A DNA stretch of 64,000 bases from Chlamydiia bacterium (GCA_044359535.1 JBIKLZ010000003.1:21290-85289), one strand, 5' to 3'; shown: positions 1 through 9,615, numbered from the stretch's first letter. The notes: a model not told the origin generated them from the letters alone. Translations and numbers: made by a program.

Positions 1-310
1 TTGCAAGGTCGGTTTTTTGAAGATGGATTAAAAAGGCTGTTGCAAAACAAGAGCCAATTGTTTGCCTTAATGGGACAAGGAGCGCTACTTTTAACGCAAT
101 TAACCGATCCAAAGATTCTTCCTCTGCACACACCCTTTTAAAGGGCTCATTTTCTAAAAAAAAGTGGAGCGTTTCAATCATATGGAAATGAAAAAACTCT
201 CCTAATATCCCTTCAATAGGGGGTGGTAATTGGGATAAAAAAGCCTTAATTTTATTGTCATCGGTTAATAGTGTTGCAATAATAGAGGCCCTTGAATAGA
301 TCTTTGCCAT
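1..310 (-). CDS. hypothetical protein, 5' part only (continues past the left edge); absent from the supplied ORF track
   Basis: Hand translation of the reverse strand from ATG (310-308) gives MAKIYSRASIIATLLTDDNKIKAFLSQLPPPIEGILGEFFHFHMIETLHFFLENEPFKRVCAEEESLDRLIALKVALLVPLRQTIGSCFATAFLIHLQKTDLA. There is no stop before position 1. Divergent from thrS. Family not recognised. Confidence 0.4.
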   Translation of the reverse strand, partial: MAKIYSRASIIATLLTDDNKIKAFLSQLPPPIEGILGEFFHFHMIETLHFFLENEPFKRVCAEEESLDRLIALKVALLVPLRQTIGSCFATAFLIHLQKTDLA

Positions 311-399
311 CCTTTGATCGCTTTTATCTCTAATCTTGCAAAGCTCTTTCTCTTGTGCTAATATTATTTCTATCATCATTTTCAAGGGATTCAATTAAA

Positions 400-2304
400 A
401 TGTCTACTTCATACAACGAAAAAGAATTAATAATCAAAGAAAAAACTACCGGCAATGCACTTATTGCTTCATTAGGGTACACAGATCCTCATAAAGGGGT
501 GACTATTTCTATAAATGGAGTTTTAAAAGATCTTTCTGATGACATTTACCCCGATGATAAGGTCAAGATCTATGATTTTGAGGATAAAGAGGGCAAAGAG
601 GTTTTTTGGCATACTTCAGCCCACGTTTTAGCTCAAGCTGTTTTAAGGCTTTTTCCTCATGCCCTTCCAACCATTGGTCCAGTAATTGAAGGGGGATTTT
701 ACTATGATTTTGCCCACCTAAATATCTCAAGCGATGATTTTAAAGCCCTTGAAAATGAGATCAAAAACATCTTGAAAGAAAATTACTCTACAGAAAAAGT
801 GCTCTTTGCAACAAAACAAGAGGCCCTTGCTGCATTTGGCTCTAATCCCTTTAAAAAAGAAATCATTCAATTTCTCCCCGACAATGAGCCAATTACGGCT
901 TATAGACAGGGAGAATTTTTTGATCTTTGCAGAGGCCCTCACCTAGCAAAAATAGGAAAAATAAAAGCCTTTAAGATCATGAAGTGTTCGGCAGCTTACT
1001 TTAGGGGCGACCAAGAAAGAGAGTCGTTAACAAGGATTTATGGGGTATCGTTTCCTGATAAAGGGATGTTACAAGACCATTTAACCCTTTTAGAAGAGGC
1101 AAAAAAAAGAGATCACAGGGTCATTGGACAAAACCTCTCCCTATTTTCTTTTTCAGAATTTGCCCCTGGGATGCCTATTATAGAGCCCAATGGAATGGTC
1201 ATTTGGAATGAGCTTTTAAAACATTGGCGAGCCCTTCATGATGCCGATGAGTATGTAGAAATTAAAACCCCTGCCATGATGGATAAAGGGCTTTGGGAAT
1301 TGTCAGGCCATTTTGCCAATTACAAAGAAAATATGTACCTTTCAGAAATTGATAAGGGTACGTACGCGATTAAACCGATGAACTGCCCAGCGTGCATGGT
1401 TTTTTATAAATCTAAAAAACATAGCTATCGAGAACTTCCGATGAAAGTCGGGGAAATTGGAAATGTCCATAGACATGAGCTGTCTGGCTCATTATCGGGA
1501 TTATTAAGGGTTCGGAGCTTTCATCAAGATGATGCCCATATTTTTATGAGAGCCGATCAAATCGAGGGGCAAATTTTAGAGGTATTACAGCTCACTGAGC
1601 GTTTATATGCCCCTTTTGGTCTTAACTACCATTTAGAGCTTTCGACCCGTCCTAAAACTAAAACTATTGGGACAGATAAAGACTGGGAAACATCAACCCT
1701 TGCCCTAAAAAATGCTTTAATTTCTTATGGAAAGGGATTTTTAATCAACGAAGGCGATGGCGCATTTTATGGCCCAAAAATTGATATCCATGTTAAAGAC
1801 GCTATCGGCAGGAGCTGGCAATGCGGAACTATTCAATTGGATATGTCCCTTCCTGAAAGATTTGAACTTACCTACACCGATGAACATGGGGAACAAGTGC
1901 GCCCTATTATGATCCATCGCGCTCTTTATGGATCTATTGAGCGCTTCTTTGCTATTTTAATTGAACACTACAAAGGGCGCTTCCCTTTATGGCTTTCTCC
2001 CAAACAAATTGCCCTTTTACCGGTTGCAGACCGTCATGTAGAGTACTGTAAAGAGATAAAAAAAGCGCTATCTTCCCAAGGCTTTAGAGTTCATATTGAT
2101 GATTCTCATGAATCGATAAGTAAAAAAATAAGAAATAGCCAAATGGAACAAGTGAATAAAATGGTGATTATTGGCGATCAAGAAGTTTCTTCAAAAACCC
2201 TTACATGTAGGGATAGAAATACACAAGAGGTGGAAGAAAAGCTCCTTCTTCAACCTTTTATTGAGATGTTAAAGAAGCTACGAGATGAAAAAAGGGAGTG
2301 TTAA
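400..2304 (+). CDS. thrS: threonyl-tRNA synthetase
   Basis: Track ORF 355..2304. ThrRS hallmarks: HTSAHVLAQAV (editing domain), MNCPACM, class II motif-2 region HRHELSGSLSGLLRVRSFHQDDAHIF, and a C-terminal anticodon-binding domain. ATG at 400 (MSTSYNEKE) is preferred over GTG at 355. Confidence 0.95.
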   Translation: MSTSYNEKELIIKEKTTGNALIASLGYTDPHKGVTISINGVLKDLSDDIYPDDKVKIYDFEDKEGKEVFWHTSAHVLAQAVLRLFPHALPTIGPVIEGGFYYDFAHLNISSDDFKALENEIKNILKENYSTEKVLFATKQEALAAFGSNPFKKEIIQFLPDNEPITAYRQGEFFDLCRGPHLAKIGKIKAFKIMKCSAAYFRGDQERESLTRIYGVSFPDKGMLQDHLTLLEEAKKRDHRVIGQNLSLFSFSEFAPGMPIIEPNGMVIWNELLKHWRALHDADEYVEIKTPAMMDKGLWELSGHFANYKENMYLSEIDKGTYAIKPMNCPACMVFYKSKKHSYRELPMKVGEIGNVHRHELSGSLSGLLRVRSFHQDDAHIFMRADQIEGQILEVLQLTERLYAPFGLNYHLELSTRPKTKTIGTDKDWETSTLALKNALISYGKGFLINEGDGAFYGPKIDIHVKDAIGRSWQCGTIQLDMSLPERFELTYTDEHGEQVRPIMIHRALYGSIERFFAILIEHYKGRFPLWLSPKQIALLPVADRHVEYCKEIKKALSSQGFRVHIDDSHESISKKIRNSQMEQVNKMVIIGDQEVSSKTLTCRDRNTQEVEEKLLLQPFIEMLKKLRDEKREC

Positions 2305-3032
2305 GCTTCCCACAACTCTTTAGAAAACTTTTTTAATTGATGATCAATGGCTTTAAGATTTTCATATGAAAAAGTGTTTTTATAGACATGCACCGCTTCC
2401 ATTGCCGCTTCAATAAGATACAGAACTTGACTTGCTGAGCTTTCCTTTCTTTTTTGGCGTCTATCCTTTCTTTCTAAAGGAAAAGCCTTTCTAATGGCTT
2501 TTAAATAGGTTTCTTTTGCTTCCCCATCATAACTGTCTATGACCTTTTGTTTATCCTCATCACTGCAATTTCTTGAGGCGATGGTATAGACAATTTGCTT
2601 AGGCATCGATAGTACTTTTTCTTGTAAGGCACTATTTAAAGAAGCGTAAAAAAGGTAGTACTTTAAAAAATTATAAGGGGTTTGACGGTTTCCATAGACT
2701 TGTTTAAGCCATGAAGAAAAGGCCCCCTCTTTATACGATTTGAAAAGGATTGAGGCTTTATAAATCCTTTCCCCATGAAGGAGGACCGATTGATGGTGAA
2801 TAGCTTTTATTTGGGCTGTTAATCCGACTAATAAGGAATAATCCTCGCTTATATTTACAGAATTGATCTGATGATCAAGGAGTAGATCTTTTAAAGCAAC
2901 CGATTCTCCTTGGGATAAAGAGCCCTTTTTAGAATCAATTGCAACCTCATCTAAACCCTTATACTCAGAATCTTTTTCCTCAAGACGCTCTTTTCCTGCA
3001 ATAGATCGCCTAATTTTTTCAGATAATTTCAT
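2301..3032 (-). CDS. pGP6-D / CT583-family protein (chlamydial plasmid-associated family, chromosomal copy)
   Basis: 243 aa. The block LVGLTAQIKAIHHQSVLLHGERIYKASILFK..FSSWLKQVYGNRQTPYNFLKYY matches my recollection of the chlamydial plasmid protein pGP6-D and its chromosomal paralogue. The convergent stop codons of this gene and thrS overlap in TTAA at 2301-2304. Confidence 0.55.
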   Translation of the reverse strand: MKLSEKIRRSIAGKERLEEKDSEYKGLDEVAIDSKKGSLSQGESVALKDLLLDHQINSVNISEDYSLLVGLTAQIKAIHHQSVLLHGERIYKASILFKSYKEGAFSSWLKQVYGNRQTPYNFLKYYLFYASLNSALQEKVLSMPKQIVYTIASRNCSDEDKQKVIDSYDGEAKETYLKAIRKAFPLERKDRRQKRKESSASQVLYLIEAAMEAVHVYKNTFSYENLKAIDHQLKKFSKELWEA

Positions 3033-3115
3033 CTCTTACTCCCCTAATAACAAGATATCGTCACAAGGATCCCTTATCTCATATTTTTTTTATGACAGCA
3101 AGAAACTTTTTTAGT

Positions 3116-3781
3116 TTATGTGGTTCGAATTTCTTTAAGCTCTTTAGAAGTGAGGCCATCAACTAAACAAGAAACCACCTCGCCATCGACAATTTTCCCC
3201 AATAGTCGTGATGCTTGGTAGTGAACAACCACACTTTCTGGATCCAAAGCAGCTTGTTCCTCATTATCGACAATTTTGACATAGGAGGCAGGGAGCCTTT
3301 TCATTTCAACAATTGTTGGGTAGTGGAGAATCACTTTTCTAAGACAAACTTGATCATAGACTGCCCCCCCCTTTTCAAGTTGCTTGTGGCACTCTTTTTC
3401 CCAGATGGTTAAAAGTTTTTTAGCCGATGCTGTGTTGTTAAAAAACATTGTCCCACTTAAAATCTTAGAAGGGTCATCAATAGGGACATAATCATTTACC
3501 CTTAAAGCACAATCTGCCTTGCACTCAAGAAGGAGGGTGGGGGTTTTTAAAATAACACTATCGACATCTGTCCAAATAAGGGGACGTTGATGCTCTTCTA
3601 ATTTTTTCAAAAGAAAGGTGGGTTTATAACAGCAATTTTTTTCCCAAGACCCTAAATTTGGGACTTCGGTGATTTCATACTCAAGGTCTAAGGCTTTGCA
3701 TGAAGCGATTAAATCCTCTGCTTCCCTTTTATATAAAGTGTCTTTTGTGTAATAACTAACGATTAATGGTTTTGTGTTCAA
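3116..3781 (-). CDS. putative nucleotide-diphospho-sugar transferase (glycosyltransferase-like)
   Basis: 221 aa. The layout PLIVSYYTKD..Y..EAEDLIASC...W..NCCYKPTFLLKKL...RPLIWTDVDSVI is typical of small GT-A-fold nucleotide-sugar transferases with a W-x-D-x-D type motif. Family assignment is by pattern only. Confidence 0.5.
   Translation of the reverse strand: MNTKPLIVSYYTKDTLYKREAEDLIASCKALDLEYEITEVPNLGSWEKNCCYKPTFLLKKLEEHQRPLIWTDVDSVILKTPTLLLECKADCALRVNDYVPIDDPSKILSGTMFFNNTASAKKLLTIWEKECHKQLEKGGAVYDQVCLRKVILHYPTIVEMKRLPASYVKIVDNEEQAALDPESVVVHYQASRLLGKIVDGEVVSCLVDGLTSKELKEIRTT
3364..3371 (-). repeat. 8-nt homopolymer (C8 on + strand, G8 on the coding strand) inside the glycosyltransferase-like CDS
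   Basis: Counted by hand at 3364-3371. The coding strand reads aaG GGG GGG Gca, encoding K-G-G-A of ...LEKGGAVYD... Confidence 0.9.
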
Positions 3782-4170
3782 TTGTAGGCTCCTTTTTGGG
3801 ATCTCTATAGAAAAATTTATGATTCAATAAAAAAATGGCAGTATACACAACTTAAGAAACTTTTGGCAAGCTATTGCTTTAAATGTTTGCACATTCTTTA
3901 TCAAAAGGATCTTCCATCACAGCACGAAGCCTTGCCATCTCTTTCTGGTAAAGGGATGGCAAGAGAAGCCTTAATATTTCTCCACAAAAATTTTTTTTCC
4001 GCTATGATTGCCCTTTTTGAAAATTTCTTTGGCAAAAGAGGAAAATTCCACATAAAACCTCCCTTATTTGATGCAAAAAAGGAGAGCTTCTCTTTAGAAA
4101 TAGGGTGGATGGTCACATTCTCCTAAAAAAAGAGTTTTACCCCACTTAAAAGTGGCTTTGTAAACCCGCT

Positions 4171-4998
4171 TTACATTTTTTCACACTCTTTACAAGGGTA
4201 CTGTTCGCAAGAATATTTATGCATAATATATTTTGCCCCTATTTCCCTTGGATACCAATCATAATAGTAGATTTCCCCATTTTTAATTGGAATATGTTCC
4301 CAACATGGTTGGATTTGAGTGAAATAGAGTGCAATATAACTTTGATCAGAAGAACCACTTTTATAAGTGTTTTTCAATTTAATAAGTTTATTAACAATTT
4401 TTCTATTGATAATATTTGTATCATATAACATCATCGTTGTTTGAAAATAATCCCCACTTAAGTCAAACTTCGTTTTTATATTTTGATTATCTCTTATCCC
4501 AGGAAATTGATCCTCTAAAGTCCACACATAGTTAGGATATGCATTTGAGAGAGCCACTAATTTATCCCTTTTTCTTAACTCTAAAATAGGGCTAATATCC
4601 TGGTGAATTTTCATTCCGCAATCTATGTATAAAATATATTGCCACCTCTTGAAATAGGGGTCAAACAAATAAAATTTTTGTATTTGCCCATTAAGCTTGT
4701 CCCTTGAATAGGCATAGCTGTATTCTATTTCATCTACTTTAATTTCAGGAAATTGGATAAGCTCTAACTCCTCTGTAGTGTATTTTTCCCTTACCCTTTC
4801 CTTGGTTAAACTTCCTGCGACCACTAAACAGACCTCCCCACTATAGCGCCCCTCATTTCGTAACATTTTATAGGTTTCTTGAAATCGATCGTAGTACTTT
4901 TCATCAGTCAACAAAACGACACATATTTTTTCTTCACCCCTTAGTTGATAATGCATCGCAAGTAAAAAACTCACTACACACACAAGAATGTTCTTCAT
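4171..4998 (-). CDS. putative membrane-anchored or secreted glycosyltransferase-like protein (GT8-like fold?)
   Basis: 275 aa. Hydrophobic N-terminus MKNILVCVVSFLLAM. The layout CVVLLTDEKYYDRF....KFYLFDPYFKRWQYILYIDCGMKI resembles GT8/glycogenin-like transferases, but the DxD position reads DCG. Confidence 0.4.
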   Translation of the reverse strand: MKNILVCVVSFLLAMHYQLRGEEKICVVLLTDEKYYDRFQETYKMLRNEGRYSGEVCLVVAGSLTKERVREKYTTEELELIQFPEIKVDEIEYSYAYSRDKLNGQIQKFYLFDPYFKRWQYILYIDCGMKIHQDISPILELRKRDKLVALSNAYPNYVWTLEDQFPGIRDNQNIKTKFDLSGDYFQTTMMLYDTNIINRKIVNKLIKLKNTYKSGSSDQSYIALYFTQIQPCWEHIPIKNGEIYYYDWYPREIGAKYIMHKYSCEQYPCKECEKM

Positions 4999-5656
4999 TT
5001 TTCCCCCATTGTACGTTTTTTCCTTTTTGGTTTAAAAATCTATTTGCAAGAGAAAAATGTTTGCATCCGAAAAAATTTCTTGCTGAAAGAGGGGATGGAT
5101 GGGCCCCTTTAAGGATCAAATGGTCCCTTTTTTTTGCAAAAAGGGCTTCTTTTTGTAGTGCTTTTTTCCCCCATAAAAAAAACACCTTCTCCCTTTTATC
5201 CTCCCATAGATGTGTCAATACTGCATCAGTAAAGATTTCCCAACCCCTTTTTTGATGCGATAAAGGGCGCCCCTCCTCTACAGTAAGGAGGGTGTTTAAT
5301 AAAAAAACCCCTTCTTGCCACAGATCTTGAAGCAACCTTGGCTCCTGCTGAACATCGTCTTGCATTTCTTTATAAATGTTTTTTAGTGACGGGGGATACT
5401 TTTGCCCTTCATTTACAGCAAAGGCAAACCCATTTGCTTTTCCATAGGTTGGATAAGGGTCTTGCCCCACAATTACCACATTTATTTTTTCAATTGAAAG
5501 GAGTTTAAAAGGGGCAAACACCTTTTCCTCCTCTGGAAAAATCCTTTTTGTCTCCCTTTCTTTTTTCAAAAAAGTCTCTAACTCCTTAAAATAGGGTTTT
5601 TGCATTTGTGTTCTTAGAACTTTTTCCCACGAAGATTCAAATTGTTTATATTTCAT
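4934..5656 (-). CDS. ung: uracil-DNA glycosylase (family 1)
   Basis: GQDPYP water-activating loop, PPSLKNI, LLNTLLTV and HPSPLSA motifs. A C-terminal tail of roughly 25 aa overlaps the next CDS by 65 nt. Confidence 0.9.
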   Translation of the reverse strand: MKYKQFESSWEKVLRTQMQKPYFKELETFLKKERETKRIFPEEEKVFAPFKLLSIEKINVVIVGQDPYPTYGKANGFAFAVNEGQKYPPSLKNIYKEMQDDVQQEPRLLQDLWQEGVFLLNTLLTVEEGRPLSHQKRGWEIFTDAVLTHLWEDKREKVFFLWGKKALQKEALFAKKRDHLILKGAHPSPLSARNFFGCKHFSLANRFLNQKGKNVQWGKNEEHSCVCSEFFTCDALSTKG

Positions 5657-5969
5657 ACTCTTTTCTAGTATTTAGAAGATCTTTATTTTTGTCAAACTCG
5701 TTCTTTTACACGAAAACCCTTTACCAGTCTGCATTCACAAAAAATCCCCCCTCCTCAAAAAAAATGATTTTGGATTGTGTGAAAGTTGTTGATAACTTGT
5801 CTATAATTCTCTCAAAACTTTTCCTTTGTTTAAAAAGGGGGCTTTTTAAACAGGTTTTGTTCATCTTATAAACACCCCTTTTCTCTATGGAAAAGTTTGG
5901 TTTTAAACAAATCCACACCCTCTGAAGAAGAAGAAAAATATAAAAGTACTATATTCTTTCTCTTTTTTT

Positions 5970-6635
5970 GTGGATACTGTGTTTATGTTATACGAAAAAT
6001 GCCCCCTTTTCCTCTTTTCTTTATTTTCTGCCCAAGAGGAGAGGTTAAAAAATGCTATTTTAGCTTCTATAGCTCCGTGGGAGTTAAGGGAGCGGTTATT
6101 AAACCCTTTTTTGGGTAAAAAGAAGTGTGATCTTTCCTCTTTTTCCAATGTTCATTTTATTAATTCTGACTCTATTTATATAGAAGAGGGGGTATCTATT
6201 GCCCCTGGAGCTTTAATAGAAGGGCCGTGCTACATAGGAGAACATGTTTCAATTGGTCATTGTGCCTACATTCGAAAGGGGACTTTTTTAGCAAAAAATG
6301 TCCACATTGGTCATTGTAGTGAGATTTCTCGCTCTCTTTTTCTTCAAGGGGCTAAAGCCCCTCACTTTAATTATGTGGGGGATTCTGTTATTGGGGAAAA
6401 TGTCAATTTAGGGGCTCATGCTACCTTAGCGAATTTAAGATTGGATAAAAAACCGATTAAACTTCATTTTGAAGGTACGACAATAGCTACAGAGAGAATT
6501 AAAATGGGCTCTTTTGTGGGGGATAACGCTTCTATAGCTTGTGGTGTTGTTCTAAATCCAGGGACAATTGTTCCAAAAAAGAGTCTTATTTACCCCCAAC
6601 AAACAACATATGGACTCTTTCATGGGCAAACATAG
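5970..6635 (+). CDS. hexapeptide-repeat (left-handed beta-helix) acyltransferase, GlmU C-terminal-domain-like
   Basis: Consecutive hexapeptide repeats IEEGVSIAPGALIEGPCYIGEHVSIGHCAYIRKGTFLAKNVHIGHCSEI...VGDSVIGENVNLGAHAT. Sits directly upstream of ispA. Start is uncertain (ATG 5970 or 5985). Confidence 0.7.
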   Translation: MDTVFMLYEKCPLFLFSLFSAQEERLKNAILASIAPWELRERLLNPFLGKKKCDLSSFSNVHFINSDSIYIEEGVSIAPGALIEGPCYIGEHVSIGHCAYIRKGTFLAKNVHIGHCSEISRSLFLQGAKAPHFNYVGDSVIGENVNLGAHATLANLRLDKKPIKLHFEGTTIATERIKMGSFVGDNASIACGVVLNPGTIVPKKSLIYPQQTTYGLFHGQT

Positions 6636-7476
6636 GCAAACACTTCTTGTTTTCCACAAAGAGGTCAACAATGAAATTCAAAATTACTTACGCTCAATAA
6701 GCAACTCACCCCTTTATCCTCCAATTGCCTATGCTTTATCCACAAAAGGGAAAAGACTTCGCCCCATCCTTACAAAAATGATGGCTCAAGCTCTTGGGAA
6801 GGGGTATGATGTTAATAGATGTGCGTTAGCTATTGAACTTTTTCATACGGCCTCTTTAATTGCCGATGACCTTCCTTGTATGGATAATGATGACTTTCGA
6901 AGAGAGCAACCCTCTCTTCATAAAAAATTTAATGAGGCAACAGCCTTACTTTCTAGCTACTGCTTATTAACAGAAGGGTTTTCTGAAATTGAAAAAAGTG
7001 GGGTTGTTTATCATCAAAGAGGGTATGGAACAGAGATTGATGGGCAAAAAAGGGTTTGTTTGGCTTTAAAGGAGACAGCAAGGCTATCTGGACCCAAAGG
7101 GGCTGCTTTAGGGCAATATTTTGATATAGAGCAAAAAAAGACCCAATCCTTAGAAGAGTTTGAAGAGCTCTATTATCTAAAAACAGGGACCTTATTCCAA
7201 GGGGCCTTTACCTTGGGGTATATTTTTGGTGGTGGCGATCTAAAAAATCTTTCATTAATAGAAAAGCTCTCTTTTCATTTAGGTTTTGCTTTTCAAATAC
7301 GGGATGATCTTGAGGATATGGGGGAAAAACAAATGAGTTTTTCCAAAAGATTTGGAGAACAAGAGTCCAAAAGAAGGTGTGACAGTGAGCTCAAGGATTT
7401 TTTTATAACCCTTGAGCAGCTTGATGTTGACAAGGCTCTTTTTATAGAGCTTGTGGAGTTTGTTTTTCCGAAATAG
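6610..7476 (+). CDS. ispA: polyprenyl (farnesyl/geranylgeranyl) diphosphate synthase
   Basis: First Asp-rich motif [16 protein letters not shown] and second motif FQIRDDLED. Track ORF starts at 6568 inside the previous gene. ATG 6610 (MDSFMGK) is more plausible. Confidence 0.85.
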   Translation: MDSFMGKHRQTLLVFHKEVNNEIQNYLRSISNSPLYPPIAYALSTKGKRLRPILTKMMAQALGKGYDVNRCALAIELFHTASLIADDLPCMDNDDFRREQPSLHKKFNEATALLSSYCLLTEGFSEIEKSGVVYHQRGYGTEIDGQKRVCLALKETARLSGPKGAALGQYFDIEQKKTQSLEEFEELYYLKTGTLFQGAFTLGYIFGGGDLKNLSLIEKLSFHLGFAFQIRDDLEDMGEKQMSFSKRFGEQESKRRCDSELKDFFITLEQLDVDKALFIELVEFVFPK

Positions 7477-8488
7477 GGGAGAGATACTTTTCTTGGTGAG
7501 CTTTTATAATAAGCCCTTCAAGCTCCTCTAAAAGGAGGGGATCATTAGACAGTTCTGCTTTTGCCGCCTCTCTTCCTTGAAAACGCTTCCCTTTAAACGA
7601 AAGCCAAGGCCCCTTTTTCTCCATAATGCCACTTTCAACCCCTAGATCTACAAGAGAGCCTGTTCTAGAAATCCCTTCATTAAACATAATATCAAATTCA
7701 GCACTTCTAAAAGGGGGAGCCATTTTATTTTTTACAATTTTAACACCCACTTGAATCCCTTGATCTAGGTTATCGACCCCTTTAATAGTTGCTTTTCTAC
7801 GAATATCCATTCTAACAGAGGCATAGAATTTTAAAGCCCTACCCCCAGGGGTTGTTTCAGGACTTCCAAACATCACCCCAATTTTTTCTCTGATTTGATT
7901 GATGAAAATAGCGCATGTTTTTGATTTTGCTAAAGTAGATGTTAGCTTTCTTAAGGCTTGAGACATAAGTCGTGCTTGAAGACCAATGTGAGAGTCCCCA
8001 ATTTCTCCAGCAAGTTCACTTTTTGGGACAAGGGCTGCTACAGAGTCTATCACAATAACATCGACAGCTCCAGATCGGGCAAGCATTTCAGCAATGTTTA
8101 AAGCCTCTTCTCCACTATCGGGCTGGGAAATTAAAAGCTCGTCTACATTTACCCCAATGCGAGCTGCATAAGCAGGATCTAAAGCATGCTCAGCATCGAT
8201 ATAGGCTGCAATCCCTCCTCCTTTTTGACAGTTGGCCACAATATGGGTAGCAAGGGTTGATTTACCCGAAGATTCTGGGCCAAAAATTTCAACCACCCTT
8301 CCTCGAGGAACCCCTCCAATTCCAAGGGCAAGGTCAAGGGTTAGCGCCCCTGTTTTAATCACTTCAACTTCTAAAGAGGCTCCCTTTTTTCCTAAGGACA
8401 TAATAGAGCCGGCTCCAAATTGTTTTTCAATATGGGAGATAGCAAGTTCTAAAGCTTTTTTCTTTTCTGATAGAGGATTATCTGACAT
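7442..8488 (-). CDS. recA: recombinase RecA
   Basis: Walker [14 protein letters not shown], plus [14 protein letters not shown] and [23 protein letters not shown]. The 3' end overlaps the convergent ispA by 35 nt. Confidence 0.97.
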   Translation of the reverse strand: MSDNPLSEKKKALELAISHIEKQFGAGSIMSLGKKGASLEVEVIKTGALTLDLALGIGGVPRGRVVEIFGPESSGKSTLATHIVANCQKGGGIAAYIDAEHALDPAYAARIGVNVDELLISQPDSGEEALNIAEMLARSGAVDVIVIDSVAALVPKSELAGEIGDSHIGLQARLMSQALRKLTSTLAKSKTCAIFINQIREKIGVMFGSPETTPGGRALKFYASVRMDIRRKATIKGVDNLDQGIQVGVKIVKNKMAPPFRSAEFDIMFNEGISRTGSLVDLGVESGIMEKKGPWLSFKGKRFQGREAAKAELSNDPLLLEELEGLIIKAHQEKYLSPISEKQTPQAL

Positions 8489-8566
8489 GGTCTAACCTTT
8501 TTGTGAAATTTATAATCAAAAAGACTATATAGGAGAAAATAACAAAAAAAAAGGGTTTTTTTGCTT

Positions 8567-9556
8567 ATGGAAGAAGGGGATCGATTTTTAGTGGCCGATG
8601 TGGGTGCGACAAAAACGCTTATTTATTTAGCAGTCCATAAAGAAAAAGAGCCTCTTGTTATAAAAAAAATGACATTTTTAGCCGAAGGGTTTTCTTCCTT
8701 AGAAGAGATCCTTTTTCTTTTTTTGAAAGGGGAGCAAAAGGTCCATTGGGGGGTAATAGGGGCATGTGGAGCTGTGAAAAATGAGGTATGTCACCTTACA
8801 AATCTTTCTTGGATAATAGAAAAAAATGCCATTGCCAATCAATTTCCTATTGAAAGGGTTTTTTTGATAAACGATTTAGAGTTAGAAGGGGGCTCCCTCT
8901 TTTCTTTAGAAAAGAAAGATTTAATAGAGATTCAAAAAGGAAAAAAAGGGGAGGGGTCGGTTAAAGCCCTTTTATCAGTGGGAACAGGTCTTGGTGAGGC
9001 TATTGTTTTAGAGGATAGGGTCCTACCCACAGAAGGGGGGCATGCTGATTTTGTCTCCACAACAAAAACCGAGTTTGCGTTTTTTGAGTGGATGAAAAAT
9101 ATGCAGGGGCATGTATCGTGTGAAACAGCCCTTTCTGGAAAAGGGATTAGCCATCTTTATCAATTTTTTTCTGAACAAGAAGGAAAAGAAAAAATAGAAA
9201 ACATCTTTTTAGAAAAAAATGAGGCCTCAAAAAAAGCTGTTTCCTTTTTTTTAAACACTTTAGGGAGGGAAGGGGGGAATTTTGCTTTAAAAACCCTTTG
9301 TTTTGGAGGTCTTTACCTTTCTGGTGGGGTATTAAAGAAAAATCCTTTAATCCTTCAAAGGGGGGAGTTTTTAGAGGCCTTTAAAGAAAAAGGGGTTCAT
9401 AGATCTGTTTTAAAAAGCGTCCCCATCTATCTAATAAAAGGGGAAAAAAGTCTAATTTTAGGGGGGTGGAATTTCTTAAAACTGCAAAAAAAAGACCCCC
9501 TTTCAAAAAAAATAAGTGAGACTGGGAGAGGTTTGCAAAAAAAACAGTTGTATTAA
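8567..9556 (+). CDS. glk: glucokinase (Glk family)
   Basis: N-terminal phosphate-1 motif FLVADVGATKT, plus LSVGTGLGEAIV and PTEGGHADF. Track start is TTG 8561; ATG at 8567. Confidence 0.8.
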   Translation: MEEGDRFLVADVGATKTLIYLAVHKEKEPLVIKKMTFLAEGFSSLEEILFLFLKGEQKVHWGVIGACGAVKNEVCHLTNLSWIIEKNAIANQFPIERVFLINDLELEGGSLFSLEKKDLIEIQKGKKGEGSVKALLSVGTGLGEAIVLEDRVLPTEGGHADFVSTTKTEFAFFEWMKNMQGHVSCETALSGKGISHLYQFFSEQEGKEKIENIFLEKNEASKKAVSFFLNTLGREGGNFALKTLCFGGLYLSGGVLKKNPLILQRGEFLEAFKEKGVHRSVLKSVPIYLIKGEKSLILGGWNFLKLQKKDPLSKKISETGRGLQKKQLY

Positions 9557-9615
9557 TAAATTGTTTTTTTGTATAAAGACTATTTTTACTAAAAACTACT
9601 CTGAAGGGGGATAGA

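Noticed and set aside
3122-3130. GGTTCGAAT, a T-loop-like sequence suggesting a second tRNA.
   Set aside because: No acceptor, D or anticodon stems can be folded around it. It sits within the 3' end of the glycosyltransferase-like CDS.
4934-4998. The 65-nt overlap between the ung 3' end and the start of the next gene, considered as a possible frameshift or fusion.
   Set aside because: UNG family motifs are complete before the overlap, and the downstream gene begins with a normal hydrophobic leader. A simple overlap or a slightly later downstream start explains it.
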